Made by a program: the position numbers and the translations under genes. From Alphaproteobacteria bacterium (GTDB lineage Bacteria > Pseudomonadota > Alphaproteobacteria > UBA828): a DNA stretch of 64,000 nucleotides. The notes below the pieces were generated by a model. It saw only the letters and a list, made by a program, of their open reading frames with translations. It made no database searches and was not told the DNA's origin. The first letter of the stretch is position 1. Each line of letters opens with the position of its first letter. The DNA lies in assembly GCA_963422645.2 (NCBI GenBank), contig CAXXVO010000007.1, forward strand, positions 480,001-544,000, written 5' to 3'. This document shows positions 9,981 to 21,131 of this stretch, piece after piece.

Positions 9981-10736
9981 ATGAAGCTCGAAGGCAAGGT
10001 CGCTATCGTCACCGGCTCATCGCGCGGCATCGGCGCCTGCATCGCGCGCCGCTACGGGCGGGAGGGCGCCACCCTTGCCGTGGTCGGCAACACCAGGCGG
10101 GAGCGCGCCGAGGCGGTGGTGGCCGAGATCGAGGCCGCCGGCGGCAGGGCCCAGGCCTTCATGGCCGACGTCGGCGTGGTCGCCGACTGCGAGCGCCTGG
10201 GGCGGGAGGTGATCGACGCCTTCGGCACGGTGGACATCCTGGTGAACAACGCCGGCATCTTCACGCCAATGCCGATCGAAGAAGTCACGGAGGAGAACTG
10301 GGACGCCCAGCACGCGCTCAACCTCAAGGGCGCATTCTTCATGACCAAGGCGGTCGTGCCCACCATGAAGGCCAAGGGCGCCGGCAAGATCGTCAACATC
10401 TCCTCCATCGCAGGCTGCGGCGGGTTCCCGAACTCCAGCGCCTACTGCGCGACGAAGGGCGGCCTCACCAACATGACCAGGGCGCTCTGCCTGGAGCTCG
10501 CGGGCGATGGCATTAACGTCAACACGCTCTCGCCCGGCAACATCCAGACCGACATGAACGCCGCGTTCCGCGCGGATCCGGAATACGACGCGCGCCAGGT
10601 GGAACTCACGCCCGCCGGCATCGGCCACATGGACCCGGAGCAGCTCACCGGCGCCGCCGTCTTCCTCGCGTCTGCCGATTCGGACTCGGTCCACGGCGCG
10701 GACCTCCTGGTGGACAACGGCTGGGCCGCCTGGTAG
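9981..10736 (+). CDS. Short-chain dehydrogenase/reductase
   Basis: TGSSRGIG, NNAG, YCATK. Confidence 0.92.
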   Translation: MKLEGKVAIVTGSSRGIGACIARRYGREGATLAVVGNTRRERAEAVVAEIEAAGGRAQAFMADVGVVADCERLGREVIDAFGTVDILVNNAGIFTPMPIEEVTEENWDAQHALNLKGAFFMTKAVVPTMKAKGAGKIVNISSIAGCGGFPNSSAYCATKGGLTNMTRALCLELAGDGINVNTLSPGNIQTDMNAAFRADPEYDARQVELTPAGIGHMDPEQLTGAAVFLASADSDSVHGADLLVDNGWAAW

Positions 10737-10758
10737 CGGCGCGGGAACCGAACAACCC

Positions 10759-11556
<798 letters not shown>

Positions 11557-11593
11557 AACAAGCGCTACCGTTCGGAACTGCCGGGCCCCGGCG

Positions 11594-12694
11594 TCACTCG
11601 GATCGGAATTCTTCGTGTTGAGGGTGGAAGAGGACCTTCCCTTCCCCATCGAAGAGCAGGCAGTGCTCGGGGTTTGGCGCCGCATGGAGCCGGTCGCCGA
11701 CCCGGCCCGCGAAGCCGGGCTCGACCAGAGCGTGCAGCTTGTTCCGCTCGTTGTCCTCCAGAATCACCACCGATTCCCGCCCCAGGTGCTCGACGGCGAA
11801 GACGGTGACCGGAATCGCGGCCTCCGTGGCATCGGCTTGAATGTGCAGATGCTGCGGCCGGACTCCCAGGGTTGCCGGCCCGACGGCACCGACGGGCGTT
11901 CCCGGCACGAATGCGAAGTCCTTGGCGACGAAGGGAGTCCGGCCTTCCTCCGCGACGATCTCGCCTGCGATCAGGTTCATCGGGGGCGAGCCCACGAAGC
12001 CGGCGACGAAGAGCGTGGCCGGGCGGTTGTAGATCTCGTCCGGCGTGCCGATCTGCTCCAGCCGCCCTTCGTTCATGACCGCAATGCGGTCTCCCATGGT
12101 CATCGCCTCCACCTGATCGTGGGTGACGACGGCCATGGTGGTGCCCAGGCGCTTCTGCAGGTTGACCAGCTCGGCGCGGAGCGTGAGGCGGAGCCCGGCG
12201 TCGAGGGCTGCGAGCGGCTCGTCGAGAAGGAACGCCGTCGGCTGGCGGACAATGGCCTTGGCGGTGGCCACCCGCTGGCGCTCGCCGCCGGAGAGCTGGC
12301 TCGGCAGCTTGTCGAGCAGAGCGTCGATGCCGAGGATCGACGATGCCTCGTCGATCCGCCGGTTCGTCTCGCCCCGATCCAGCCTTTGCTTGGCGAGGCT
12401 GGTGCGGATGTTCTGCCGCGCCGTCATGTGCGGGTAGAGCAGCGACGACTGGAACACCATCGCGATGTTGCGCTGGTGCGGCGAGGCCGCGGTGACGTCC
12501 TCGTCGTCGAACAGGATTCGCCCGGAGGTCGGCATCTCCAGGCCGGCGATGCAGTTGAGCGTCGTCGTCTTGCCGCAGCCGGATGGTCCCAGCAGCACCA
12601 GGAGCTCGCCGTTCTCGATCGTCAGATCGAGCTCGCGCACGGCGACGTGGCGATGGAAGGTTTTATGCAGGCGATCGATCTGGATGCGGGACAT
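11594..12694 (-). CDS. Carbohydrate ABC transporter ATP-binding protein (MalK-like)
   Basis: GPSGCGKT, LSGGERQR, LLDEP, VTHDQVEAM, FVAGFVGSPPMN. Confidence 0.93.
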   Translation of the reverse strand: MSRIQIDRLHKTFHRHVAVRELDLTIENGELLVLLGPSGCGKTTTLNCIAGLEMPTSGRILFDDEDVTAASPHQRNIAMVFQSSLLYPHMTARQNIRTSLAKQRLDRGETNRRIDEASSILGIDALLDKLPSQLSGGERQRVATAKAIVRQPTAFLLDEPLAALDAGLRLTLRAELVNLQKRLGTTMAVVTHDQVEAMTMGDRIAVMNEGRLEQIGTPDEIYNRPATLFVAGFVGSPPMNLIAGEIVAEEGRTPFVAKDFAFVPGTPVGAVGPATLGVRPQHLHIQADATEAAIPVTVFAVEHLGRESVVILEDNERNKLHALVEPGFAGRVGDRLHAAPNPEHCLLFDGEGKVLFHPQHEEFRSE

Positions 12695-12697
12695 GGC

Positions 12698-13564
12698 TCA
12701 ACGGACCGGGTCGACGAGGTTCATTTCGGCAATATGCCGCTGCAGGAAGAACGCGACCAGTGCCGGCGGCACCATGGTCAGCATCACCGCTGCTGCGAGA
12801 TGGGACGCCTCCGGATGCTGGAAGAGGAAGCCGGAAACGGCGGTGGGCAGGGTATTGGCGGTGGTGCCGTTCACCAGAAACAGCGCGTAGGTGTACTCGT
12901 TCCAGGAGAACAGAAAAGCGATGACCGCCGCCACCGCGACGCCGCTCCGCCCCAGCGGCACGATGATCTTGAGGAAGGTCTCGAAGCGCGAGAACCCGTC
13001 GATCCGGGCCAATCGCTCCACGTCCGGTAGATTACGGAAGTAGCCAATCAGCATCCAGGTCACGAAGGGAATGGTGATCGTGAGGGTGACGATGATGAGG
13101 CCGATCAGCGTCCCGGAGAGCCCGAGCTGCACGTACATGGCGTAGAAGGGGATGAGCGTCGAGACCGGCGGCAGCGCGACCGCCAACAGGATCGCGAACA
13201 GGAGCTTGTTCTTGTGGGGGAAGTCGAGGCGCGCGAAGACGTAGGCGAGCGGCAGCACCACCACAAGCGTTACCAGCGTGACGACAGCCGACACGATGAG
13301 GCTGTTGTAGAACCCGCGGATGATCTGATTGGCCTGGCCCGAGCCGCGGCGGACGAGCCCATCGGCCATTTCGTACTCGAAGCCGAAGATGTTGAAGAAG
13401 GCGGCGGGCGTCGGCTCCAGGGGGTAGAGCGGCGGCGGAAAGCGCGCGATCTCGCCAGGCGTCAGCAGGGAGTTCTTCAGGAACCAGTAGATCGGCAGCA
13501 GGGTCCAGATCAGGACCACCGCCAGCGCGAGCCACGACCAGATCGAGGAGAGGCGAATTCTCAT
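12698..13564 (-). CDS. Carbohydrate ABC transporter permease (MalG-like)
   Basis: MRIRLSSIWSW...; EAA-like loop ERLARIDG; FLFSWNEY. Confidence 0.88.
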   Translation of the reverse strand: MRIRLSSIWSWLALAVVLIWTLLPIYWFLKNSLLTPGEIARFPPPLYPLEPTPAAFFNIFGFEYEMADGLVRRGSGQANQIIRGFYNSLIVSAVVTLVTLVVVLPLAYVFARLDFPHKNKLLFAILLAVALPPVSTLIPFYAMYVQLGLSGTLIGLIIVTLTITIPFVTWMLIGYFRNLPDVERLARIDGFSRFETFLKIIVPLGRSGVAVAAVIAFLFSWNEYTYALFLVNGTTANTLPTAVSGFLFQHPEASHLAAAVMLTMVPPALVAFFLQRHIAEMNLVDPVR

Positions 13565-14460
13565 ATCGACCTCGCCTCCCGCCGGCCCCACAGGAAGTAG
13601 AGCAGCAGCGTGGTGCCCAGGATCAGGCCGAGCAGCATGAACGACATGGCCGCGCCGTAGCCGAGGTCGAGGTCTTTGAAGCTCTCCTTGTAGATGCGGT
13701 AGGTCAGCGTCGCCGATGCCGTGCCCGGCCCGCCGCCGGAGAGCACGAAGATGAAGTCGAAGAGCTTCATCGAGAGCACGGTCGTGATGCAGGTGAAGAC
13801 GAAGATCGTGAAACGAAGCGGCGGCAGGGTGACGTTCAAAAAGGTCTCGAACCGCGACATGCGGTCGATGGCGGCGAGGTCGTAAAGCCGGCTCGGGATG
13901 GTCTTGAGGTTGGCCAGCAGGAAGAAGGCGACCAGCGGCGCCATGTTCCACGCGTTGCCGACCGCCAGGACCTCGATCACCCAGGCGCGGTTGACCACGT
14001 TCACCGCCTCCTCGATCCCGAGCGCATAGGCAATGGCGGTGCCGATGCCCGTCTGCCCCTTGGCCATGTAGGAGAAGATGACCCCGGTGCCGTAGAGAGA
14101 GATGCACCAGGGGAGGATCACGATGGTGCGCACCAGACCGGCGAAGCGGAACTTGCGGTTGAGCACCAGGGCGATCAGAAGACCGGCCACCATCGCCAGC
14201 GCGACCGATTCGAGGGTGAACCGGACCGTGATCCAGAGCGACTTCTTGAACTTCCGGTCGTCTATGACGTCGGAGAAATTTTCGGCGCCGACGAAGGTCG
14301 CCTTGTAGCCTCCGAAGAAGCTGATCTCGTGAAGGCTCATCCAGAGCGCGTAGCCCAGCGGATAGGCGACCACCAGGACGAGAAAAACCAGAACCGGTAG
14401 CGCGAGCAGCAGAGAGAACTGAAAGTTCGTCAGCTCGGCAGTGCGCTTTGCGGCGCTCAT
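13561..14460 (-). CDS. Carbohydrate ABC transporter permease (MalF-like)
   Basis: FVGAENF, LYDLAAID, ITLPPL-like motif, GYGAAMS. Confidence 0.88.
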   Translation of the reverse strand: MSAAKRTAELTNFQFSLLLALPVLVFLVLVVAYPLGYALWMSLHEISFFGGYKATFVGAENFSDVIDDRKFKKSLWITVRFTLESVALAMVAGLLIALVLNRKFRFAGLVRTIVILPWCISLYGTGVIFSYMAKGQTGIGTAIAYALGIEEAVNVVNRAWVIEVLAVGNAWNMAPLVAFFLLANLKTIPSRLYDLAAIDRMSRFETFLNVTLPPLRFTIFVFTCITTVLSMKLFDFIFVLSGGGPGTASATLTYRIYKESFKDLDLGYGAAMSFMLLGLILGTTLLLYFLWGRREARSI

Positions 14461-14478
14461 CGCGGCAAGAAGGCCGGA

Positions 14479-14510
14479 CCGGCGGGCGGGCTCACCGAGC
14501 CGCCCGCCGG
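14479..14510. other. Intercistronic GC-rich stem-loop between binding-protein and permease genes
   Basis: CCGGCGGGCGG(G)CTC-ACC-GAGCCGCCCGCCGG; no U-tract, so probably an mRNA-stabilising or attenuating hairpin. Confidence 0.6.
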
Positions 14511-14520
14511 CTGCTTGGCG

Positions 14521-15855
14521 CTAGAGGCCGTACTTCTTGTTCAGATCGACGATCTCCTCGTTGATCGCCTCGATGGTCTCGACGATGTCGCCATCGTCCT
14601 GCAGGTACTCCTGCAGCGTCTCCTTGAGCCAGCTATTGAACTCCTCGGCCCAGACGACGCTCCAGACGCCCTTCGGATAGGGCGTGGCGGCGTAGACCTC
14701 GAGCACTGCTGCAATGTCCTGCTCGCGCGCGAGGGCGTTCCTCATCCGCTCGGCCGCCGCCTCGCTCTCCATCACCGACCTGTAGCCGGAGAAGAGCATG
14801 GATTCCTGCATCCAGCGGTTGCCGACGAAGACGTTGCCGGTCTGGTCCTGGTAGCCGTACCAGCTCGCGAAGCGCTTGACGTCGTCGGTGTGGCCGTCGC
14901 CCCGCTCCCGGCTCGTCATCAGGTAGACGGCGGAATCGAGCAGGCCCCAGCTCTGACCCTGATAGGGCAGGAGGCTGGCGTGGCCGGCGATCTGCGAGCG
15001 GTCCTCGCGGTTGAAGGTCTCCAGATCGTAAAGCTGCTGCGGGCTGAAGACGTAGCGCCCCGAGGCATAGGCATCGATGTAGGAACTCTCGTTGTAGGTC
15101 AGCACTTCTTCCGGCACCAGAGCGTCGTTCCAGATGCGCTTCCAGTCCTCGAGCGTCTTGTAGGCCGGGCCGTCGGGATCGGTGGTCAGCAGCGGTTCAT
15201 GGGTATCGGGATGCGCGACCTCGCCGCCCCGGTTCATCACCTCGAAGTTGAACCCCCAGGAGATGCCGTACCACTCGTTGATCCAGTGCGGCAGGAGGGG
15301 TTGGTCGACGCCCTTCTCCCGAATTTCGTAGAGCTGGTCGTAGAGCTCATCCCAGTTCGCAGGGAAGTCCGCGTCGGTGTAGCCGAGCTCGTAATACGCC
15401 TTGAGGTTGACGTGCATCACTCCGCGAGTGCTGACGAAATAGGAGAGCCCCAGCAGCTGACCCTTGTAGGACCAGGCATCGAGGATGTTGGGGTACATGT
15501 CCGCCTTGATCGCATCGATGTTCGGCAGAGCCTCGGCCGGCATGATCCAACCACCGTCGAAATAGCGGCCGGCCTGGGACGGGTTGGCGTAGAGCACGTC
15601 AAGCTCTGCACCCGCCATCAGGTTCTGCTCCATGATCGCCGGGTAGTCGCCGGTGACGGTCGCGTAATCGACATTGCCGCCCTGCTCACCGTTATAGCGA
15701 TCGACATTGTCCTGCACGATGTCGGTCTTGTACTGCCAGCCGCGGAAGAACACCGTCTCCTCGCTTTGGGCCTCGAGGCCGCCTTGGGCGAGCGCGGTGC
15801 CGCTCACAAGCATGAGCGCCCCTGTGACTGCCAGTGCTGTTGCGCGGAGCTTCAT
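14521..15855 (-). CDS. ABC transporter extracellular solute-binding protein (family 1)
   Basis: Signal peptide MKLRATALAVTGALMLVSGTALAQ; AGGGGAG RBS; first gene of the operon. Confidence 0.85.
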   Translation of the reverse strand: MKLRATALAVTGALMLVSGTALAQGGLEAQSEETVFFRGWQYKTDIVQDNVDRYNGEQGGNVDYATVTGDYPAIMEQNLMAGAELDVLYANPSQAGRYFDGGWIMPAEALPNIDAIKADMYPNILDAWSYKGQLLGLSYFVSTRGVMHVNLKAYYELGYTDADFPANWDELYDQLYEIREKGVDQPLLPHWINEWYGISWGFNFEVMNRGGEVAHPDTHEPLLTTDPDGPAYKTLEDWKRIWNDALVPEEVLTYNESSYIDAYASGRYVFSPQQLYDLETFNREDRSQIAGHASLLPYQGQSWGLLDSAVYLMTSRERGDGHTDDVKRFASWYGYQDQTGNVFVGNRWMQESMLFSGYRSVMESEAAAERMRNALAREQDIAAVLEVYAATPYPKGVWSVVWAEEFNSWLKETLQEYLQDDGDIVETIEAINEEIVDLNKKYGL

Positions 15856-16050
15856 TAACCAATCTCCCCTTTCGCCAATGATTTGATGGCTTGGTCCGTC
15901 CAATTCGACTTCGCGATCGCGAAGTCCCGCTCTGACGCGGATACTAGCGCGGGCGGAAGATATCATCGGCGTCAGGACGCATACAAGGTGCCGACAAGGC
16001 GGCCCAAACGAGGCCCTCGTCCAGGCCGCGAGCGTGGTCAGAATTTTCGG

Positions 16051-17457
16051 CTATGGCGTCGGGCCGGTCATCTTGGTGGGATCGATCCAGCGCTCGAAGT
16101 CGGCATCGCTCACCACGCCGAGGGCGAGCGCGGCGTCCTTCAGCGTCGTGCCATCGGCGTGGGCCTTCTTCGCCACCTTGGCGGCATTGTCGTAGCCGAT
16201 GTGGGGGTTGAGCGCGGTCACCAGCATCAGCGATTCGTGCAGCAGCTGGTCGATGCGCGCGCGATTCGGCTCGATGCCGGCGACGCAGTTGTCGGTGAAG
16301 CTGCGGGCGCCGTCGCCGATTAGACGGATCGACTGGAGCAGGTTGTAGATCATCACCGGCTTGAACACGTTGAGCTCGAAGTGGCCGTTGGCGCCGCCCA
16401 CGGATATGGCGACGTGATTGCCCATGACCTGGGCCGCGACCATGGTGAGCGCCTCGGCCTGGGTCGGGTTGACCTTGCCCGGCATGATCGAGGAGCCGGG
16501 CTCGTTGGCCGGCAATTCCAGCTCGCCGAGCCCGCAGCGCGGGCCCGACGCCAGCAGCCGGATGTCGTTCGCGATCTTCATCAGGCTTGCGGCGACGGTG
16601 TTGAGCGCGCCCGACATCTCGACCACAGCATCGTTGGCAGCGATGGCCTCGAACTTGTTCTCGGCGGTGCGGAAGGGGAGGCCGGTGAGCGCCGCCACCT
16701 CGGCCGCGAAGCGCGCATCGAAGCCCGCCTTGGTGTTGAGCCCGGTGCCGACGGCGGTGCCGCCCTGGGCGAGCGCACAGAGCCTGGGCAGCGCCCCGCG
16801 CACGCGCTCGATCCCGTATTCGACCTGCGTCGCGTAGCCGGAGAACTCCTGGCCGAGGGTGAGCGGCGTCGCATCCTGCAGGTGAGTCCGGCCGATCTTC
16901 ACGATCTCGGCGAAGGCTTCGGACTTCGCGGCGAGCGCGCCCTGCAGGTGCTCCAGCGCCGGCAGCAGCAGGTGGTGGCACTGCTCCACGGCGGCGATGT
17001 GCATCGCAGTCGGAAAGGTGTCGTTGGAGGACTGGCTGCGGTTGACGTGGTCGTTGGGATGGACCGGGGTTTTTTGGCCCATCGGCTGACCCACAATCTC
17101 GCACGCCCGGTTGGCGATCACCTCGTTGGCGTTCATGTTGCTCTGGGTGCCCGAGCCGGTCTGCCAGACGACGAGGGGGAAGTGATCGTCGAGCTTGCCG
17201 CCGATCACCTCGCCGGCCGCCTCGTCGATCGCCGCGCCGACCTCAGGGTCGAGCGAACCGGCCTCGACGTTCACCCGCGCCGCCGCCTGCTTGATGATGC
17301 CGAGCGCGCGGATCAGCGGCGCCGGCATGCGTTCACCGCCGATCCTGAAGTTCTGCAGGCTGCGCTGGGTCTGAGCGCCCCAATAGGCGTCGGCCGGCAC
17401 GTCGATCACGCCGATCGAGTCCGTCTCGCGCCGAGTTTCCGCCGATGTGTCGGTCAT
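16051..17457 (-). CDS. fumC: Fumarate hydratase class II
   Basis: [43 protein letters not shown]. Confidence 0.97.
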   Translation of the reverse strand: MTDTSAETRRETDSIGVIDVPADAYWGAQTQRSLQNFRIGGERMPAPLIRALGIIKQAAARVNVEAGSLDPEVGAAIDEAAGEVIGGKLDDHFPLVVWQTGSGTQSNMNANEVIANRACEIVGQPMGQKTPVHPNDHVNRSQSSNDTFPTAMHIAAVEQCHHLLLPALEHLQGALAAKSEAFAEIVKIGRTHLQDATPLTLGQEFSGYATQVEYGIERVRGALPRLCALAQGGTAVGTGLNTKAGFDARFAAEVAALTGLPFRTAENKFEAIAANDAVVEMSGALNTVAASLMKIANDIRLLASGPRCGLGELELPANEPGSSIMPGKVNPTQAEALTMVAAQVMGNHVAISVGGANGHFELNVFKPVMIYNLLQSIRLIGDGARSFTDNCVAGIEPNRARIDQLLHESLMLVTALNPHIGYDNAAKVAKKAHADGTTLKDAALALGVVSDADFERWIDPTKMTGPTP

Positions 17458-17527
17458 GGCCGTGCCCTCTCCGGTTGCGGGCCTCCTTTACCACGCCGGC
17501 GGCCTGCGGCGCGCGCCCTCGTGTCGC

Positions 17528-19000
17528 TCACTCGGGGGATGTCTCTGAAGAAAGACCCCGCGCCGTCTCGACGATGAGCGCCCAGGCTCTCTCGACATGC
17601 GGGCGGCGGGTCGCGGACGAGCCGACTGCAAGGCGCAGCACGAGCCGGTCGTCGAGCCGGGTGTGGGTGAGATAGAGCACGCCGGATTCGTTGAGCCGGT
17701 TCATCAGGGCCTCGTTGAACGCATCGCCCGCGCGGTGGCGAAAGCATACCAACCCGACCGAAACCGGGGCCGCCAGCTCGAAATCCGCATTCTCCTCCAC
17801 CTGCGCGGCAAAGCGGTCGGCCAACACGACACAGTGCCGCACATGGGCGCGCAGACCCTCCGCGCCGTAATGGCGGATCACGAACCAGAGCTTGAGCGCG
17901 CGGAAGCGGCGGCCGAGCGGGATCTGCCAGTCGCGGTAGTCGATCACCGCGCCGGATTCCGTCGCGCGGTTGCGCAGGTACTCCGGGAGCACGCTCAGCG
18001 CCTGGATCAGCGAGGCCCGGTCGGCGACCCAGAAGCAGCTGCAATCGAAGTTGGTGAGCAGCCACTTGTGCGGGTTGAAGGTGTAGCTGTCGGCATGCTC
18101 CAGCCCGTCGATGAGGCCCCGGTGTTCCGGGCAGATGGTGGCGCTGCCGGCGTGCGCGGCATCGACGTGGAGCCAGATGCCCTCGCGGCGGCAGAGCTCG
18201 CCGATGGCGCGGAGCTGATCCACGGCGCCGGAGGAGGTGGTGCCCACGGTCGCGCACACCATGGCGGGCACCGCACTGGCCGCGCGATCCGCGGCGATCG
18301 CGGCCTCCAGAGAGTCGACCCGCATGGCATGGCATTCGTCGGCATCGACGAGCCGAAGGCTGTCGCGCCCCAGGCCCGCGATCTTCACTCCCTTCTCGAT
18401 GGAGGAGTGAGCGTGCCGGGAGGTGTAGACCGCGAGCTGATGCCCCTCAGCGCCCCCCGGGCCGCGGCCGGCACCATGCTCGTTGACCGCACCGGCGCTC
18501 GCGCGCTCGCGCGCCGCAATGAGCGCGGTGAGCGTGCTGCTCGACGCGCTGTCCTGGATCACGCCGCCGCCGGCCGTGCTCGACCGGTAGCCCTCCGGCA
18601 GCCCGCACAGATCGACCAGCCAGTCGAGCACATGGGTCTCGAGCTCGGTGCACGCCGGGCTCGTCGCCCAGAGCATGCCCTGCACCCCGAGCCCGGAAGA
18701 GAGCAGATCGCCCAAGATCGAGGGGCCGGAGGCGTTGGCCGGGAAGTAGGCGTAGAAGTTGGGCGACTGCCAATGGGTGAGCCCGGGGAGGACGATCTCG
18801 TCGATGTCGCGCAGCATGTCGGCGAAGGGCTCGCCCTGCTCGGGCGCGGCGCGCGGCAGGCGCGCACGAACCGATCCGGGCTCAGCCTGGGAGAGCACGG
18901 GATACTGCTCCACCTCCTCCATGTAGCGGGCGATGCGTTCGATGAGCGCGGTTCCGCAGCGGCGAAACTCGTCAGGCGTCATGTGCGGAGCTTGGTCCAT
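17528..19000 (-). CDS. Aromatic-L-amino-acid (DOPA/tyrosine/tryptophan-type) decarboxylase, PLP group II
   Basis: PGLTHWQSP, WATSPACTELE, HVDAAHAG, PLP lysine in NPHKW, DYRDWQIPLGRRFRALKLW. Confidence 0.9.
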   Translation of the reverse strand: MDQAPHMTPDEFRRCGTALIERIARYMEEVEQYPVLSQAEPGSVRARLPRAAPEQGEPFADMLRDIDEIVLPGLTHWQSPNFYAYFPANASGPSILGDLLSSGLGVQGMLWATSPACTELETHVLDWLVDLCGLPEGYRSSTAGGGVIQDSASSSTLTALIAARERASAGAVNEHGAGRGPGGAEGHQLAVYTSRHAHSSIEKGVKIAGLGRDSLRLVDADECHAMRVDSLEAAIAADRAASAVPAMVCATVGTTSSGAVDQLRAIGELCRREGIWLHVDAAHAGSATICPEHRGLIDGLEHADSYTFNPHKWLLTNFDCSCFWVADRASLIQALSVLPEYLRNRATESGAVIDYRDWQIPLGRRFRALKLWFVIRHYGAEGLRAHVRHCVVLADRFAAQVEENADFELAAPVSVGLVCFRHRAGDAFNEALMNRLNESGVLYLTHTRLDDRLVLRLAVGSSATRRPHVERAWALIVETARGLSSETSPE

Positions 19001-19223
19001 CAGGAAGCCCTTCCCCTTGACCGCGGTGGCTGGGTCGCCACTCGGGCACGATGATGACCTAGTGGCGCCCGGCTCGCGGTGCAATTGCGCGCGCACCGGG
19101 GTCACGCCCAAGTGAAGCCAGTTGACGCAGGGTGATACGAAGCGCAAGGGCATGGAGGATTTGGCGGGTGACCACAGCCTTACTATCCTCGCGCCGTCAT
19201 TATAGGGAGCCCAGGAGCCCGCC

Positions 19224-19997
19224 ATGGCGAGCGAGACCCCACAGGCCGTGATGGTCACTGGCGCCGGCCGTAGCATCGGCCGCGCCGTTGCCGAGCGCTT
19301 CCACGCCGCCGGCGCCCGCGTCCACATCTGCTGCGTCACCGATGAGAGCTTGGACGACGTGCTCGGCGCGAATCCCGGCATGTCCGGCAGCATCGCGGAC
19401 GTGGGCTCGGCGAAGGCGGTCGCGCGCTGGTTCGAGGAGGGGCTCACGGCGCTCGGGGGGCTCGACGTGCTGGTGAACAACGCCGGCATCAGCGGCCCGC
19501 GCGCACCGGTAGAGGAGATCGACGACGACGAGTGGCACCGGGTGATCGACGTCAACCTCAACGGCATGTTCCACTGCATCAAGCGGGCGGTCCCGGTGAT
19601 GAAGGCGCAAGGCTCGGGCGCGATCATCAACATCTCGAGCGCGTCCACCCGGGTCGGGATGCCGCTCAGGACCTCCTACATCACAACCAAGTGCGCCGTG
19701 GACGGCATGACCATGAACCTCGCGCGCGAGCTTGGCCCCGCCGGCATCCGCTGCAACGCCATCCTGCCCGGCATCATCGACAATCCGCGTGGGCGGCGCC
19801 TGATCACGCACCTCGCGAGGGAGCGAGAGCAGACGGTCGAGGAGGCGCACGAGCGCTACGTGAGCTTCATTTCCACGCGTTCGCTGATCAGCTGCGAGGA
19901 GGTCGCCGACGCCGCGTTCTTCCTGGCGCAGGATTCGGCGCGGAACATCACCGGGCAGCTGATCGGGGTCTGCGGCAACCTGGAGTGGGAGGAGTAG
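19224..19997 (+). CDS. Short-chain dehydrogenase/reductase
   Basis: TGAGRSIG, NNAGISGP, YITTK. Confidence 0.9.
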   Translation: MASETPQAVMVTGAGRSIGRAVAERFHAAGARVHICCVTDESLDDVLGANPGMSGSIADVGSAKAVARWFEEGLTALGGLDVLVNNAGISGPRAPVEEIDDDEWHRVIDVNLNGMFHCIKRAVPVMKAQGSGAIINISSASTRVGMPLRTSYITTKCAVDGMTMNLARELGPAGIRCNAILPGIIDNPRGRRLITHLAREREQTVEEAHERYVSFISTRSLISCEEVADAAFFLAQDSARNITGQLIGVCGNLEWEE

Positions 19998-20591
19998 CTA
20001 CTTCTTGCGGAACCGGTCGAGCGCGACGACTTTTTCGCCGCCCGCCTCTGTCGAGACCTCCCCGCCTGCCTCTGTCGCGACGTCTCCGCTCGCCTCTGTA
20101 GAGACCTCTGCGCTTTCCTCCGGCAAATCCTCCGGGTCCGGCACCACCTTCTCGCCGTTCGCCTTGGGCGCGTCCTCTTGGGAGACCGCCGCCGGAGCCT
20201 GACGCGGCTTTGCGCCGGCCTTCTTGGCCAGCTCTTGCGCCTGCCCGAACTGCAGGCCGAACTTGATCGACGGATCGGCGTAGCTGGCGAGCGCCGCGAA
20301 GGGCACGACGATGCGGTGGCCGACCTTGTTGAATGTCAGCGTCACGGAGAAGGAGTCGTCCTCGACCTCCAGGCCCCAAAATTGGTGCTGAAGCACGATC
20401 GTCAGCTCGTCCGGGTAGCGCGTGCGCAGGAAATCCGGCACCTCGACGCCAGGCGCGGCGGTCTTGAAGGTGATGTAGGCGTGGTGGGTGCCGGGCCAGC
20501 CCTCCGCTGCGACACGGCGGAGCGCCTCTCGAACCACCGAACGCAGGCCGTTTTCGACCAGTGCGCTGTAGCCGATGAGATCCTTGCTCAT
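19998..20591 (-). CDS. sspB: Alphaproteobacterial SspB, ClpXP adaptor for tmRNA-tagged proteins
   Basis: HHAYITFKT, YPDELTIVLQHQFW, YADPSIKFGLQF, tail VVALDRFRKK; directly downstream of ssrA. Confidence 0.9.
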   Translation of the reverse strand: MSKDLIGYSALVENGLRSVVREALRRVAAEGWPGTHHAYITFKTAAPGVEVPDFLRTRYPDELTIVLQHQFWGLEVEDDSFSVTLTFNKVGHRIVVPFAALASYADPSIKFGLQFGQAQELAKKAGAKPRQAPAAVSQEDAPKANGEKVVPDPEDLPEESAEVSTEASGDVATEAGGEVSTEAGGEKVVALDRFRKK

Positions 20592-20719
20592 TCCCGCGTC
20601 CGTGCCCGCCCGCTCAAGCGGGTCTTCCGTTGCCCGACGCCCCAAACCACGCTGGTCTGGCGACACTGGTTAGCTTAGCCCGGATGCCTCGCCACGGTCA
20701 CGGCCCCATCGGGATTTCC

Positions 20720-21010
20720 GGGTTAGCGGGGGGCTTCTGTTGCCCGGCGCCCCCCAAGCCGCGCTTACCTAGCGATGCTAGGCAGCGAGTGCGACTTCAT
20801 TGTCATTCGCACCTAAGAGTTGGCCCGATAACGGCGGTACCATGCCGGGCGAAAACCACACCTTTACCACGCACGTCGATCCTGGTTCGCCCCCGCAACT
20901 TGAGCCGTCGGCCCGATGGGTGGTGGAGGCGCCGGGTACTGCCCCCGGGTCCGCAACGCTTATTCCGAGCAGCGTTTATCGCCATAGTCGACGGTCGCCC
21001 GCCGACCCCG
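20720..21010 (-). ncRNA. ssrA: Two-piece circularly permuted tmRNA; tag (A)ANDNEVALAA
   Basis: Minus strand: T-arm and acceptor GGACCCGGGGGCAGTACCCGGCGCCTCCACCA ending at 20921, a 26-nt intervening segment, then GGGGGCGAACCAGGATCGAC from 20894; tag frame 20810-20778. Outer limits approximate. Confidence 0.93.
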
Positions 21011-21131
21011 ACAATATAGGTGCTAACGGCGCGCATTGGAAGCGCTTGCCGCACCTCTGCACGCGACTGCGGGACGGGGTATAATCGCAACGCGGATTGC
21101 CGCCTGAAATCACCGGAGATACCCCTCGCCC

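Noticed and set aside
20921-20955. tRNA gene or prophage attachment site
   Set aside because: It is the T-arm/acceptor half of the permuted tmRNA; no anticodon arm, second copy or integrase.
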